From NCBI RefSeq assembly GCF_026571515.1, contig NW_026864756.1, positions 1 to 64,000 on the forward strand: a stretch of DNA of 64,000 bases, in the 5' to 3' direction. Shown here one piece after another: positions 37,284 through 49,490 of the stretch. Made by a program: the position numbers and the translations under genes. Positions within the stretch are counted from its first letter, which is position 1. Each line of letters begins with the position of its first letter. The notes below the pieces were generated by a model, which saw only the letters and a list, made by a program, of their open reading frames with translations, had not been told where the DNA came from and ran no database searches. Source of the DNA: Ruditapes philippinarum (taxonomy: Eukaryota).

Positions 37284-40260
37284 TTTACATAAGTGTATAA
37301 AATAATGACCTGAGAATTATTACTATTCGGAAGCATTTTCGTTTGTTTCCGTAATTTATTCCGATTTACCTTAATTTAGTGAAAACTGGTTTTTAATGAT
37401 AGTAAAAAAAAACAACTAAAAACTCAGTTTGAAATTTATAGCCTTAACTCTTTATCGTTTCGCTGACTCTAGTTAGGCAAGTGTTTTGTCAGTAACAATA
37501 AACCTTGTATACCCACTATGTATGCCGTTATGTCGTAAGAGTTTTTTCAGAATCCAAAAGTTACTAACGTTACTAACAAAAGGTCATAGAATTTCGAAAC
37601 GTCTCAGGTTTATATTGCCAAACAATACCACTTCCATTACCATTCAAAATAGCACGTTAAAATATTGTTCTCAGCACATTATAAATCGATTATGTAATAG
37701 TGTTATAAAGCTACAAAAATGCTAGTAAAACATACAAACTTATACAATATTTTGATAAGAATAAATACCCTGCATCTCGCATATGCTAACAGGTGCTTAC
37801 AAAAGCTATTACATTACAATTTATTATGATTTTAACCGAAAACATGTGAGAAAGATTATTAATGAAATTAAATTGCTTTGTTAAAGTCATTAAATAATTT
37901 TTATTTTGCAATTAAACTACACAATACAATATTTCTGTGTTTCATCAAGGCTGAGAACATTTCTTTTTTGTAACAGCATGCAGTACTAGATAATATCTGT
38001 ACCAAACAGATGTAGATTAAACAAAGCAATTTGAATAAACATAAACACGTAAACAGCAATTCGAAACAATGTAGAACTTTTATTAAAAAAACGTCAAATA
38101 TGTATTTGAACTATATGCTTTTTTGCGAGGGAAAAGGGAAAAAAAGGTAATTGAGTACTGTTAGCTTAGCAATGTATAAATGTTTACTGAGAAAAGTCGA
38201 TTTCGTTTTCAATACAAAACTGAAGAAATAAATCTCTAATTGCATGATATGTAACGAATACATAAATTAAAGCGATATTCTAAAAGGAGAGGCATTGCAG
38301 TAATTAAATGTTGGGGGATTATCTAAATGTAAATTAAACCATTATTTAGTGGTTATAAACACGAACATATATGATAAATATAAATATCGTATTTCTTACA
38401 TGGTTAGTCGTTTAACAGAAAGTGTACATGTAAATAAAAGTAATGAATTATGTACGATTAATAAACATAAAATTTTTGTACGCATGCAATCCATAAGATA
38501 TCATTGTATAACTTGTGGCAAGACCGGAAGTGCATGTTTAAAAATACATGTACATGTATTTTGATTCTCCTGCTTAAGACACCGAATTCTTTCCTAAACA
38601 ACCAGTGAAGACCAAAATCAGTCCCAGTCAGTTCATATTTTAGAATTTAATTTTTTTAAAGATGAATTTTTGTCGAGATCGCCCAAGGGTAAATGATTTC
38701 AGTGAAACAAATGTGAAAATATGATAATTTATATCTAACCGGCAATTCATTTTATCAATCGAATATGCATTATACTATTTTATGCCATTCATATTCTAAA
38801 TTTATATGCAATCGCAACTTTGGGTCCTTTTCGGCGCTTTTCGCCAGTCACCGGATAAGGACCTCGAGCACAATAGAAAGAATTCACGGAACGGATACGG
38901 TATTTCGGTCAAACCTACGCGAACATGTTAACAAAGAATGTGTAAATAAGGGGACTTGTTGACTAAGTCGTGTGTAAGTCCACTTAAATTAAGTTAATTT
39001 ATGAATATAAGAGTAAACATGCCATTATTATGGTTGTAGAAACTAAAGGTACATTTTTTTACAATTTGACAATAATTCGTAGTTGGTTATAATTGTATAG
39101 TAGTATGCGTTTTTAAATTGGTTACGATTGTCAAACATATTTTTCAATCATAATTATACGGATAAACTTTTCCTATAATAAATGTTCCTTTGGATGTCAA
39201 ATATACGTTCGTTATACACTATACCAAAATTAAAACACAAAAATTAAAACATTTCTGTGTGTTTACATCTAAAACCACATGGTAGATCTACTTTCGATCC
39301 TTAATAAGTTGATAACAGTCGAGTTGTTATGATCGCAGAACAACTAAATAATAAATGCAGAATACCACTTCAATACATTAGTGTTTTCGTTAAATAGCGT
39401 TTTACATTTAAGCTATAGTGAGAATGGTCTGATACAGATCAATATCTTTTGAGATCTTTTTAATATCTTTTATAAAATCAGACATTGTAACTCTAAAAAC
39501 AATAATAGTACAAAATGTGCATTTCTTTCAAGAGATTTTTATCAAACAGTAAAATGGTATAGTTAAAATGTCGTATGTAATAATTTGTTTGTCTGGGTAA
39601 ACCATTTTATGTTATTCATATATTACGGGAAAAAACAAAGTCGTCTGACCTAGTGTATTCGCACACACACCATTAAGATATCATTCTTAACTGTTATGTT
39701 ATCAGTTACTACATCTTTTTGTCCGGAAGGCAATGGTACTTTCTTAAAAGTGAACGATTAAACCGAACTTTTTATCATTTTTTATCGTAACTTCCATCAC
39801 ATTTAACGCAAGTATTTTACATTAGTCAGTTATTTACGGTAATATATCGATACGGGAGATTTCAACATAGGCTTTTATTGGAGACATAAAATGATTTCAA
39901 ACAAAACCATTTAAGAACGGTATTTGTTATCCGATTGAAGGGTAGGTTATAATTGCGCGAAGGAAATTGATTTCACACATGCACGCGCGTGGTTTATTAA
40001 TGCATAAAAACGGTTCCTCTAAAAGAGATGAATGGCCAATAAACGTCAAAGTAAAATAAACATGAAAGAATCGCTAACTGAACTTTAAAATGTATTATTG
40101 GTGTGTACTTTATTCTGTCAGAGAAAAATAATTTAGCCATTGCCAACTTGGTTTTGATACTTGCGTAAGACTGAATATACATGTATATACATGTACGTAT
40201 TTTCTAACACAGTACCTTTTACTTAAATTATTAAATTTTATGAATAAACCAGCTTTGTTA

Positions 40261-41246
40261 AGCTACAGTCTCACTTACATCCCGGCAGAGCCCCGGCAGA
40301 GCCCCGGTAGACGTCCGGGGTGATCCGGGAACGACCGGGGTACGACCGGGAACAACCGGGGTACATCCGTAACTCTGCCGGCAACGTCCTGGATGATCCG
40401 GGATGATCCGGGAACATCCGGCATTCGATCCCGGATGGAATAAAATATTTAATATCACCGGGGTGGTCCGGGATGATCCGGGAAGGTATAGCTTTGCCGG
40501 CATCATCCTTAGCTCTGCCGGGAACGACCGGGGTGATACCGGGAAAGCACCGTAGCTCTGCCGGCACAAACCGGGGATGATCCGGGGTATGATATAGCCG
40601 GCAGAGCTACGGTAGAGCTACGGTAGAGCCCCGGTATATGCCGGCAGAGCCCCGGTAACTACAGGCAGAGCCCCGGAGGATAAAGGTAGAGCTACGGTTG
40701 ATCCCGGTAGAGCCCCGGCAAAGCCCGGATCATTTCAAAAAAATAAGGACAATTTGTGATGATTGAACTTGTTTGTATTAAAAGCCTTCCCATTTCCCTT
40801 CTTTCCAGTATGGCATAAGGATTTTTCAGAAAATCATCATGAATTACTATTCTGGAACAATAGATATTATATTAAATAAAAATTATGTATCAAAGTTATC
40901 ATTTTCGGGCGTTTTCAATCCACCGGGGTTCTACCGGGGCTCTGCCTGGATCGTCCTGGGCTCTGCCGGGGCTCTGCCTGGATCGACCGGGGCTCTGCCT
41001 GGGTCAACCGGGGCTCTTCCGGCGTCATCCGGGAACGACCGGGGAAGCACCGGCATGAACCGTAGCTTCACCTGGGCTCTGCCTGGATGATCCGGAGCGC
41101 ATCCTGGGTGGTTAGTAGGGAACTACCGTAGTGCTGCCGGGGTAAGTGTGACCGCAACAATAATTTCATCCCGGATCGTCCCGGATCATCCCGGTAACTT
41201 ACCGGGATGGTCCTGGGCTCTGCCGGGAGTAAGTGAGACCGAGGCT
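40261..41246. mobile_element. PIF/Harbinger-type MITE with GC-rich subterminal repeats
   Basis: Termini AGCTACAGTCTCACTTAC / GTAAGTGAGACCGAGGCT; TTA on both flanks (40258-40260, 41247-41249); CCGGCAGAGC / GCTCTGCCGG repeat arrays. Confidence 0.9.
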
Positions 41247-43841
41247 TTAATACATACATGTTTTGATGTTAACAATACGCGCGTTCACACCATCATTACA
41301 TAGATGTTCATTAATACCACATGTTGTATATTACTTTCATTTTATTGATTTCTTATTTCATATCAAACCATATAATAAGCATCAAAACAATCTAACAATG
41401 CTTCTCATGGCTGTAAATTGTTTATAGCATTTTTCGAATAGTTTCAAACTTAAGATAAAAAGTATTTTTTCTGTGATTATGTAAATACAAACAGTGTTAA
41501 CAAGTATATCTTTTATGAAATAAATCAGTGAGATACCGGTGATATCAAACTGTTTGAAACTAATGATATGCATTATGAATTATTTATGGATATCCGACAT
41601 ACCCGGTAGTAGTTTTACGTAAATCTTTTTAAGAAGTTCCTCTGAGGTCAAAGAACCTACAGATATAAATTTGAAAATCTAATTAAGATCGATTTGGGGC
41701 ATTTAAAACGAACAAAAATATGAAGAAGACTTTAAAATATACCGAGACTTCAATTAAAAATTTTACTTTTGGCCCGAATCGAGTAAAAGATTTTCAAGTG
41801 TTTTTCATTTATAAATTATTTTGCGCAATTAAATTGGTTATTCTAGAAAGAAGGAACTGAAATTTTGCAAACAAGTTACTAGTACAAATTTTTATCAAAT
41901 GGTATAAAATTCTACAAATATATTTCTAGTCTCGTCACATCAAAAAACTCAGTGAAATCCCTTTTTAAAGTCCTTACTTCCAAATGAAAAAAGAGAAAAT
42001 TTGGTTCTCGTTCCCGTCGGGTTAAGTTGAAAAAAATGTAAGAGAAAAAAGGAAGCACAGCGGGGCAAAAATCATGACGTTAGTAAACTCCTATATATTC
42101 GCGTAGTTGTGAATATTTGTTTGAAGATTTCATATGTCTAACTGGTTCCGATGCAGCTACTGCGGAAAAAGACGTAAAATAAAAACAAAGTTTGCTTGCT
42201 TTAAATGAATAATTAATATAATATTATCTTATTTCGAAAAGATAATGTTTTGAAATTTCGTACTCGTACTTTGCCTACTTTAAAATATTTCAAAATCTCT
42301 ACTTATTAGTATGATATATGCCATATTCACTAGATAAAGCGTAAGAGATGAAGGCGGCATATGCGTGATAATACGTAATATATCGGTCGATCTCAGATCT
42401 TTGAATGAAAAGAGATAGTTTGATTCATACAAATATTCTAAGCAGATATATCAGACATGTGTTCATTACAAACTTGGATATAGAGATAAAACATCCTCCT
42501 ACCGCCTCTGTAATGTATACATGATATCATAAACACAGTTTCAAGCTATGATTAATTCACTTACTCAGAAATTGATTTAAAAGTAAGCTAATATAGCATG
42601 ATTCAGTTCTGTTCAGCATATGAGTGGTATTCTAATTAGTTTCATTTCTAAAGTTTTATAACATCAAATCTGAGACCATTCGTAGAAAGTTAATGAGAAA
42701 GTTTATCTCTTGACATATTTTCTTGACAAGTCTTTTGTCATAATTCCTATTTGTCAACAAATCAGGTCGATATCTTATCACCAGACTAAAAATGAAATCT
42801 ACGTTAATAGAAATATGCCCTTGTTCACACTTTAATAGAATAAAAGCGCGTTAACATTTAACGACACAACTTAACAAATATACACGAAAGTAAAGAATGT
42901 GTTTCTCACGCAAAAAGCTGTTATTGTAAAATGATACAAATGTATATTAAGCTTATATACATATATTTATCAAGTAATTTATTTAAATAGTAATAGTAAT
43001 TCATCTAAAACTACATTAAATTTGTCTCAGAAATAATAATTCGCCAGATCGCACCATGATCGCTTTGGAATTTTTCTTGCACTGTTATAGTATAAATATA
43101 TGTTATACTGTAAGATCCTACACGTAAGCTTTCAATTTGTCATAACTAACGTTAGTCTGCTTCATAATTACACTATTTATTCCAGTATTAAAGCAGATGA
43201 ACAGGGCTGAGTCGAGTTGAGTGATTTGAGATACAGATTACTAGTATATTGGGGTTGTTTACTTACTTTTGTAGAATACCTAATTACCGTGTGTTTTTAT
43301 AAAACCTTTTAAAGTGACAATATGCAATGGCGTCATTTATAATTATATGTCCTAACAGACACCAGGCTGCTAGATTTTGTATTAATTTATACAAATTCTA
43401 GTAAATATGCAATTTGTTGATTATCAAATTGAAATTAAACATTACGGGGCTAAAAAATCATCCGAGAAAATTGACTATAATAGCTTTAAAATGCGTTTTC
43501 CTTTTTTTTCTTTCGGGGTTGTATTCCCATGCGTAAGATGGACATAAAATAAAACGATGATTATAAAGTAATACCACAAATATTTGAAATGCTCAAATAA
43601 TAGCTTAACTTGGTGTAACAGTAACTAAATAATTTATTGTACAACACTTTCTTGTTCAAATTAAAATTTATTGCACTTTTTTATTCATGACAAAAATACA
43701 AATTTACAAACAGCAAACAATAATGGAGGTAGCAAATGTAAACAAAGTTTTGTTATGAGCAAGACGTAAATGAAAATAATATTCAAAGAAATAAAAATCT
43801 ACATTCCGAATATCATTTTACCACTGACTGTTCATGATTAA

Positions 43842-44179
43842 AGCAGCACGCCTTCAGATTCATTCTATTTTTTTATGAAAAATAATTCTGATTTTGAAAA
43901 TTTATCAAAAAAGTAAATATTGTGAAATGAACAAGGAAAATAATTTTCACATTGCAAACAACACTTACAATCCATGTAAATTACCAAAACAGAGGTCAAA
44001 ATATGCAAAAATAGCCCTTACTGCATAAGTAACACAGTCGAAATATGGTGAAAAAAATACAAAAATCGGTCATAAGTCGCACATAACATGTAAATCATTA
44101 CTTTTATCTTGAATCTTGTTACTTTTTTCTCAAGGTTGGTTTTCTTTGAATATTTTGGTTTATATAGAGGCATGCAGCT
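43842..44179. mobile_element. Kolobok-type MITE
   Basis: TTAA|AGCAGCACGCCT ... AGGCATGCAGCT|TTAA. Confidence 0.75.
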
Positions 44180-44557
44180 TTAATAATTTTATGAAGTCTA
44201 CATCCAAAATGTAAGTTATAAATACTTGTCATGAGTTTGCAAAAACAATACAAACACAAATTTGACTGCTAAATTTGAAACAATTATTATGTGTAAGAAT
44301 AAGTATCATAAAACCTGTCTTACGAAAGGAAGCAGTCTTAACTCAATATAGAACTATAGAATCTTTTTTAAACAGCAAGAGGTAACTTTGGAAATGTTTA
44401 CCACATGTTCGCATCATAACATTTCGCTTGTTAAGTTTCATCTATCCTTTTCATTTTAAACACATCTTGACAGTATTGAAAAAAGTCTGCGTTCATATAC
44501 GCACATATGACCCACACTTATTTCCTCAGATTTTATATCACATTTGTTTGTTTTTCA

Positions 44558-45886
44558 CTAACACTTTGATTCGTCACGGGTATTCTCCTGTTCTTTCGCA
44601 ACATCCATGTTTTTGTGAAATCGTCCTATCAAAACAAAAAATGCTTCTCTAAACTTTGGATCCCTTAATCCGTAGACAATTGGAAAAATAGCACAAATGA
44701 TGGAAAAGCTTCCTCGATGGAATATCACAAATGCGTTCAGCGTTGCTGTAGAAATGGACATTACGTTATTGTTTATGTCTTCGGCTATTATATGTAAACA
44801 AAAGGTAATTATCAGAGCAATTATACACGTTATTGTTATTATCAGCACTATCAACGTCTTACGCATGAGTTTCCGACGCACACCTTTCTTTGAGAGCTGA
44901 GATCCACTTGTTCTTAATTTACCACTGGAAGTGGATTTGGTGCTTTTAATACTGTCTCCTCCCGGAATTATAGCTGTGAATACCTTTTGCAGCTGCGACG
45001 CCTTAGCAGATAAATTTCTTTTAGGAGTTTGTGGAGACTCAACTAATCTCGCAGGTGATGAATTAATGCTATCAGTTGATAAAGCTAAAGGATTTCCATT
45101 TTTATCAGCAGTTTGTTTATCTATTGGAATGCCGTTGGCCGACGTGTTGTACATACTTTTAAGAGCAAATGCGGGCCCGTGGTAAAATTGTTTCAGAATA
45201 ATTCCATACAGAATACACGTGACTAGAATTACTATAGAGACGGGTATGCCGCCAAAGAGAAGCAGAAAATATATTGCCCAGTCCCTGTCTTTATATATAT
45301 CGTCAGTAGCACACACTGTGACGGTGATGTTGACGTCATTATATGACGTCTGGAATGAATGATGCCCGCTGACTATCCCAGGTGGCGTTGCAAATATAAG
45401 GGATGCGATTGATACAATAATGCATAAAGTTCTTGCTGTATTTGGCTGAATTTGCCAATTATACGGCCGGCATACCTTCCGGAACCTGTCCAATGCTATC
45501 AAAAGGAGGACAAAATAGCAGTCTATAACAGTGTATCCGAACACGTATGCGGACACACGACATAACCATGACGTCGGGAATGAAAACCAGTAATGCATCT
45601 CAGCAACTTGCGTTGGCAACATCATTGTACATTGAACCAATCCTATCAGCCCCATAACGAATAAGAAGTATTTGAAATTACATCGTTTATACTTCACTCC
45701 GTATACATATACTACTAAAAGATTTGCCACAAAGCCTATGCAAGCTGTTAGCCCAAAAATAATACTGACCGGAAGTACTCTACGGTTAAACTCCTCGTTG
45801 AAATGTTTCAAATATATTTCATTTAAATCCTCCGAATTGTTTCCAAACATTGTTAGATTTTTTGAAAAATCATCAAAGTCCCTCAT
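44558..45886 (-). CDS. Orphan class A (rhodopsin-like) G protein-coupled receptor, 442 aa, coding sequence uninterrupted
   Basis: Seven hydrophobic segments; N-terminal sequons (NLT, NNS); C3.25 (WLC) and an ECL2 Cys (TVC); LDRFRKVCRP; Y5.58; long Ser/Lys-rich ICL3; FPIVYG followed by helix 8 DPKFR. The first ATG (45886) is used rather than the GTG start in the ORF track (45919). It resembles the mollusc-expanded orphan family usually auto-annotated 'CCK receptor-like'; ligand unknown. Confidence 0.95.
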   Translation of the reverse strand: MRDFDDFSKNLTMFGNNSEDLNEIYLKHFNEEFNRRVLPVSIIFGLTACIGFVANLLVVYVYGVKYKRCNFKYFLFVMGLIGLVQCTMMLPTQVAEMHYWFSFPTSWLCRVSAYVFGYTVIDCYFVLLLIALDRFRKVCRPYNWQIQPNTARTLCIIVSIASLIFATPPGIVSGHHSFQTSYNDVNITVTVCATDDIYKDRDWAIYFLLLFGGIPVSIVILVTCILYGIILKQFYHGPAFALKSMYNTSANGIPIDKQTADKNGNPLALSTDSINSSPARLVESPQTPKRNLSAKASQLQKVFTAIIPGGDSIKSTKSTSSGKLRTSGSQLSKKGVRRKLMRKTLIVLIITITCIIALIITFCLHIIAEDINNNVMSISTATLNAFVIFHRGSFSIICAIFPIVYGLRDPKFREAFFVLIGRFHKNMDVAKEQENTRDESKC

Positions 45887-46159
45887 TTTAAATCGTATTA
45901 ATAATATCACTAATTTCACATCAACATCGTTATATTTCTATTAAAGTACGTTTTCAAATTATTTATTTCGTTGAAACTGTATCCGATCTTTTAAATAATA
46001 TCCTTTTTGTAAAAATAGTCTCCATAATATTTATGTATCAAATCATCGTAACATACTGTAAATATAAAAATTAATACAAAATAAATTGTTATTAAGTATA
46101 ACTTTTGCATATGTAGTTTAGAACTGTTTTCAGCATGTACTGAGTAATCAAGAATAGAC

Positions 46160-46230
46160 CGCGGACTGACTGATGTTTTAAACATTCACTATATACCGTT
46201 CCGCACGGCCAATCGTCTCTCTATTGGAAA
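46160..46230 (-). promoter_or_regulatory. Candidate core promoter of the GPCR (CCAAT x2, TATA, Inr)
   Basis: Minus strand has CCAAT (~46223-46227), an inverted CCAAT (46209-46213), TATATAG (46195-46189) and TCAGTC with its A at 46167, about 28 nt below the TATA. Confidence 0.4.
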
Positions 46231-48144
46231 GATAGTGAGAAATCAGCGCTCTGTCGAGTTCTACGGCGTTCTACTTCATCATTGTACAAAACCACTGTTA
46301 TCAATCCCCCTTCCGTGCAGTTTAAATAGCAGCGCATGGCTTAAATTTCATGGGGTATTGAATTAAGATATGAAATTGGATTTCTCACGAAGATCCATAA
46401 AGTTTAAGTGTATGTGAATACGATTAGAGACAGTTTGACACATATGTGCGGTTAATTTGTTTGAAAGTTTGAAACAGTGAGTACTTAAAATAGCATCGAA
46501 GTGTTAAGCCGTGGAGATTTTTATGAAAAAGTAATAAATATATCGAAAAACAATCCCTAACACTTAGTATCAACAGCTGATAAGCATTAAGCATGTATGA
46601 GTCACTCATACCACATAGAATTTCTTTGTACTCAGCAATACTGTTACTGTGAGAAAAAAAATATATGTATAATTTACACATACACTATATTTATTTATTA
46701 CAAAATACTCCTCGTGAAAATATAAGTTTTCAGTGTAAACATATTTGAGGTTTATAAACGCTTTAGGTAAACGGAAATTCATAAGTATTATATATTTATA
46801 TATAGATATAAATTTATTATGATTATATTAAGTTTATCTGTTTATCTATGTGTCGAATTTGCTTATTTTTGTAAAAAAAAATCAAGTATTTTGTACTTGT
46901 GTAATACGTATTTATGTCTATGTTCCTCTTGTATATTTTTTATCCGTATAAACAAACCAGATAAAGTTTATCTGTAATCTTTAATCCTGTGGAAAAGAAA
47001 TAAAGTCATTTTTTCTTATGTCATAAAAAATACAGTTTAATAAATCAGGCGGTAATGATAAATTAAACCAAACTTTAATTATATCTGCATTTTTTATACT
47101 CACAAAAGTTATAGGATATTTCTTTTTGACTTGATGCTTTTGAAAGAATTTAATCACAAAAATTGCATAGTTTTCGAATGTCTTTTTATAATCATATAAT
47201 GACTCTAAATTTATCTAGTAAATAGATATAATTCACGGACCGTCAATTTATAACAATGTAATTACTTTATTACAAGTATTTTAACGGTGTTTTGTTTATC
47301 ATATATATTATGTATACATTACAGCGGATTTTCCCATCATTTTTTATATAATTTACTAATCTTTGTAGTTGGTGGTACACTGATAGTATGTGTTACTCAT
47401 AAACGATACAAAATGATACTGTTTAAGTTATTACAAGAAGTGATGAATGGATGAATTGTCATGAAAAGATATAAAAAGAGAATTTGCTTGAGAGGTAGAC
47501 ATTCTTTTTCTCTAACAGTACATATAATAAGTTCCTCATTGTTCTTTAAAGGGCTGTATACATTGTATATCGACATACATTATTATCTAAAGAATTTATT
47601 TTGAAATATGTTTATGATCAACATGGTATGAACTTAACTATCGTTTTTTTTTCTGTCGGTGCGATTTGATATGAAGTGTTCACATATGTTACAAGTTAAT
47701 CTGTTTTTAATTTAACAAAGAAAATACGTAAACAAGTCACAATTCCACGTCTTGTATGTGGAACAATACAATAATAAATTTATGAAAGCAGCATGTTGCG
47801 TTATTTAAAGCAAATGTATCGGCATTAAAAACACATAATCTAAATGGTAAGAATGTATCATATTGCACTAGTATTTCATTTTACATCAATTAACATTTCA
47901 AGGGGATGAGGTCAATATGTTGTCAAAATAATTCCTTTTCTTATATTCTTTAGTGTTGTAAGAACAAACTCTTCAGTAAATAATTTCTCGGAATACGAAA
48001 TAACAAGATCAATTTTTGCCAGGAATTAAAAGAAAAACATGCTAAAAGTGTAAAAAAAGCTATATTTTGTTATCAGTAGATTGTAAAATTATAGTTTTTA
48101 TTGTAAGTAAAATGATTTCACTAATACAGAAAACGCAGAATAAA

Positions 48145-48380
48145 TGAGCCGTGTCATGACAAAACCAACATAATGGGTGTTCGACCAGCATGGATCCAGA
48201 CCAGCCTGCGCATCCGCGCAGTCTGATCAGGATCCATGCTGTTCGCTATCAGTAACTCTACTTGTTATAGAGTTTGTAAGCGAATAGCATGGATCCTGAT
48301 CAGACTGCGCGGAAGCGCAGGCTGGTCTGGATCCATGCTGGTCGCAAACGCACTATGTTGATTTGTCGTGACGCGGCTCA
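48145..48380. mobile_element. Palindromic MITE (236 bp)
   Basis: TGAGCCG...CGACCAGCATGGATCCAGACCAGCCTGCGCATCCGCGCAGTCTGATCAGGATCCATGCT is mirrored through to ...CGGCTCA. Confidence 0.92.
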
Positions 48381-48533
48381 AATGACATTTGTCAATATAC
48401 TTTATTGAAGGCGAGTGGAACATGCGTAAAATCCACGCCAAACAATTTAAGAATAGCAGCGTAATATTTTGTACCAGATCATTTTATTCCGTTTACGGAC
48501 AATATTCATATATTTATATTTGCAAAGTTATAA

Positions 48534-48752
48534 GTTTTGTTTAGTTTGTTTGTTTCATTCTACGCCTTTTCCCAATAGTATTTCAGTCATATAGGCGGGT
48601 AGTTTCCTAACCATCGTTTCTGGAGAGTAACACCTGTACTAGACTACCTTCCTCCACGCTAAACTACCAAAGCATGTCCCGAGGATCGAACCCACGCCAG
48701 AGAGGTAACTGGATTAGAAGTCATCAACTCTAACCCCTCGACCACGGAGGCG
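48534..48752 (-). mobile_element. Full-length tRNA-derived SINE
   Basis: Minus strand GCCTCCGTGGTCGAGGGG (A box)...GGTTCGATCC (B box)...CCCGCCTATATGACTGAAATACT...(AAAC)n; TSD GTTATAA (48527-48533 and 48753-48759). Confidence 0.9.
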
Positions 48753-49490
48753 GTTATAATAATGTATTATTCTTTGTTTTAGATTTTGAGAAACGACTAT
48801 ACGGTAACGAAAACGGCATCATTTTACTGCCTTTATAATGTTTATAAGATATTTCATCAGAAATAGCTTTTTATACACATTAAAGTCTAAATTTGGTTTG
48901 AACTAAACTATACCACTTATTCATGTGTCTCTCCATGGTGAAACGCTATAAATGGGGAAGTGTATGATTTTAAAAAAGTTATAAAATCTGTACAAAATTG
49001 TATTATTTTCTTCATATTGGAGAGATTTTAACTGAATGCCTACTTTTTATGGATGCCTTTTTTATCCAATGTACATAAAATAATTATAATGATGTTGCTA
49101 AAACTTGTTGTAAAGAAAGGCATTTGCTAATGTTGTTAGAACTTATTGTTCAACCCTGTTGTTCTTTGTTATAATTGTTATATGACAATAATGTTCTTAA
49201 ATTTTATTCTTTTACTCAAAGAGCAATTAAATATTATTTAACTTAACATTAACAATGATCTCTTACAAAATATACATCTGCTATTAGAGCGTTCGTTTCG
49301 CGCATGCGTAATGTGCTTCTTATATATTCATTTGTGATGTTTGATCGCTTGTTTGTTTGTTTGTTGTTGTTTTTTTCTTTTTTTTTTCTGGGGGGTTCTT
49401 GTTGTTCTTTGGGGGTTTTGTGGGGGGTTGGGGTTGTCGGGGGATTGGCAAACAATTCTTACATTTCATGTAATTTGGTATGAAAAAACA

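Larger units (their letters stand above)
24570..38580 (+). repeat. Tandem segmental duplication, unit B (about 14 kb, with extra sequence relative to unit A)
   Basis: Same block order as unit A, interrupted by 24860-26940, 27077-28503, 30490-30620, 30690-36230 and 36839-37283. Confidence 0.85.

Noticed and set aside
24207-38564. Two near-identical short ORFs (MVINTNIYDKYKYRISY...) suggesting a small gene family
   Set aside because: GTG starts, different C-termini, and identity explained by the surrounding DNA duplication; no coding signature.
40258-41259. Pro/Gly/Arg-rich ORFs
   Set aside because: They arise from the GC-rich repeats of the Harbinger-type MITE.
41930-42340. Possible decayed hairpin element (TTTTGAAAT...ATTTCAAAA); another trace at 51395-51610
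   Set aside because: Arms too short and degenerate to define boundaries by eye.
44558-45886. Naming the receptor as a CCK or dopamine receptor
   Set aside because: No D3.32 and no diagnostic motifs; similarity is generic class A, so no gene symbol is given.
44428-45944. Plus-strand ORFs overlapping the GPCR
   Set aside because: Antisense shadows of the real coding sequence.
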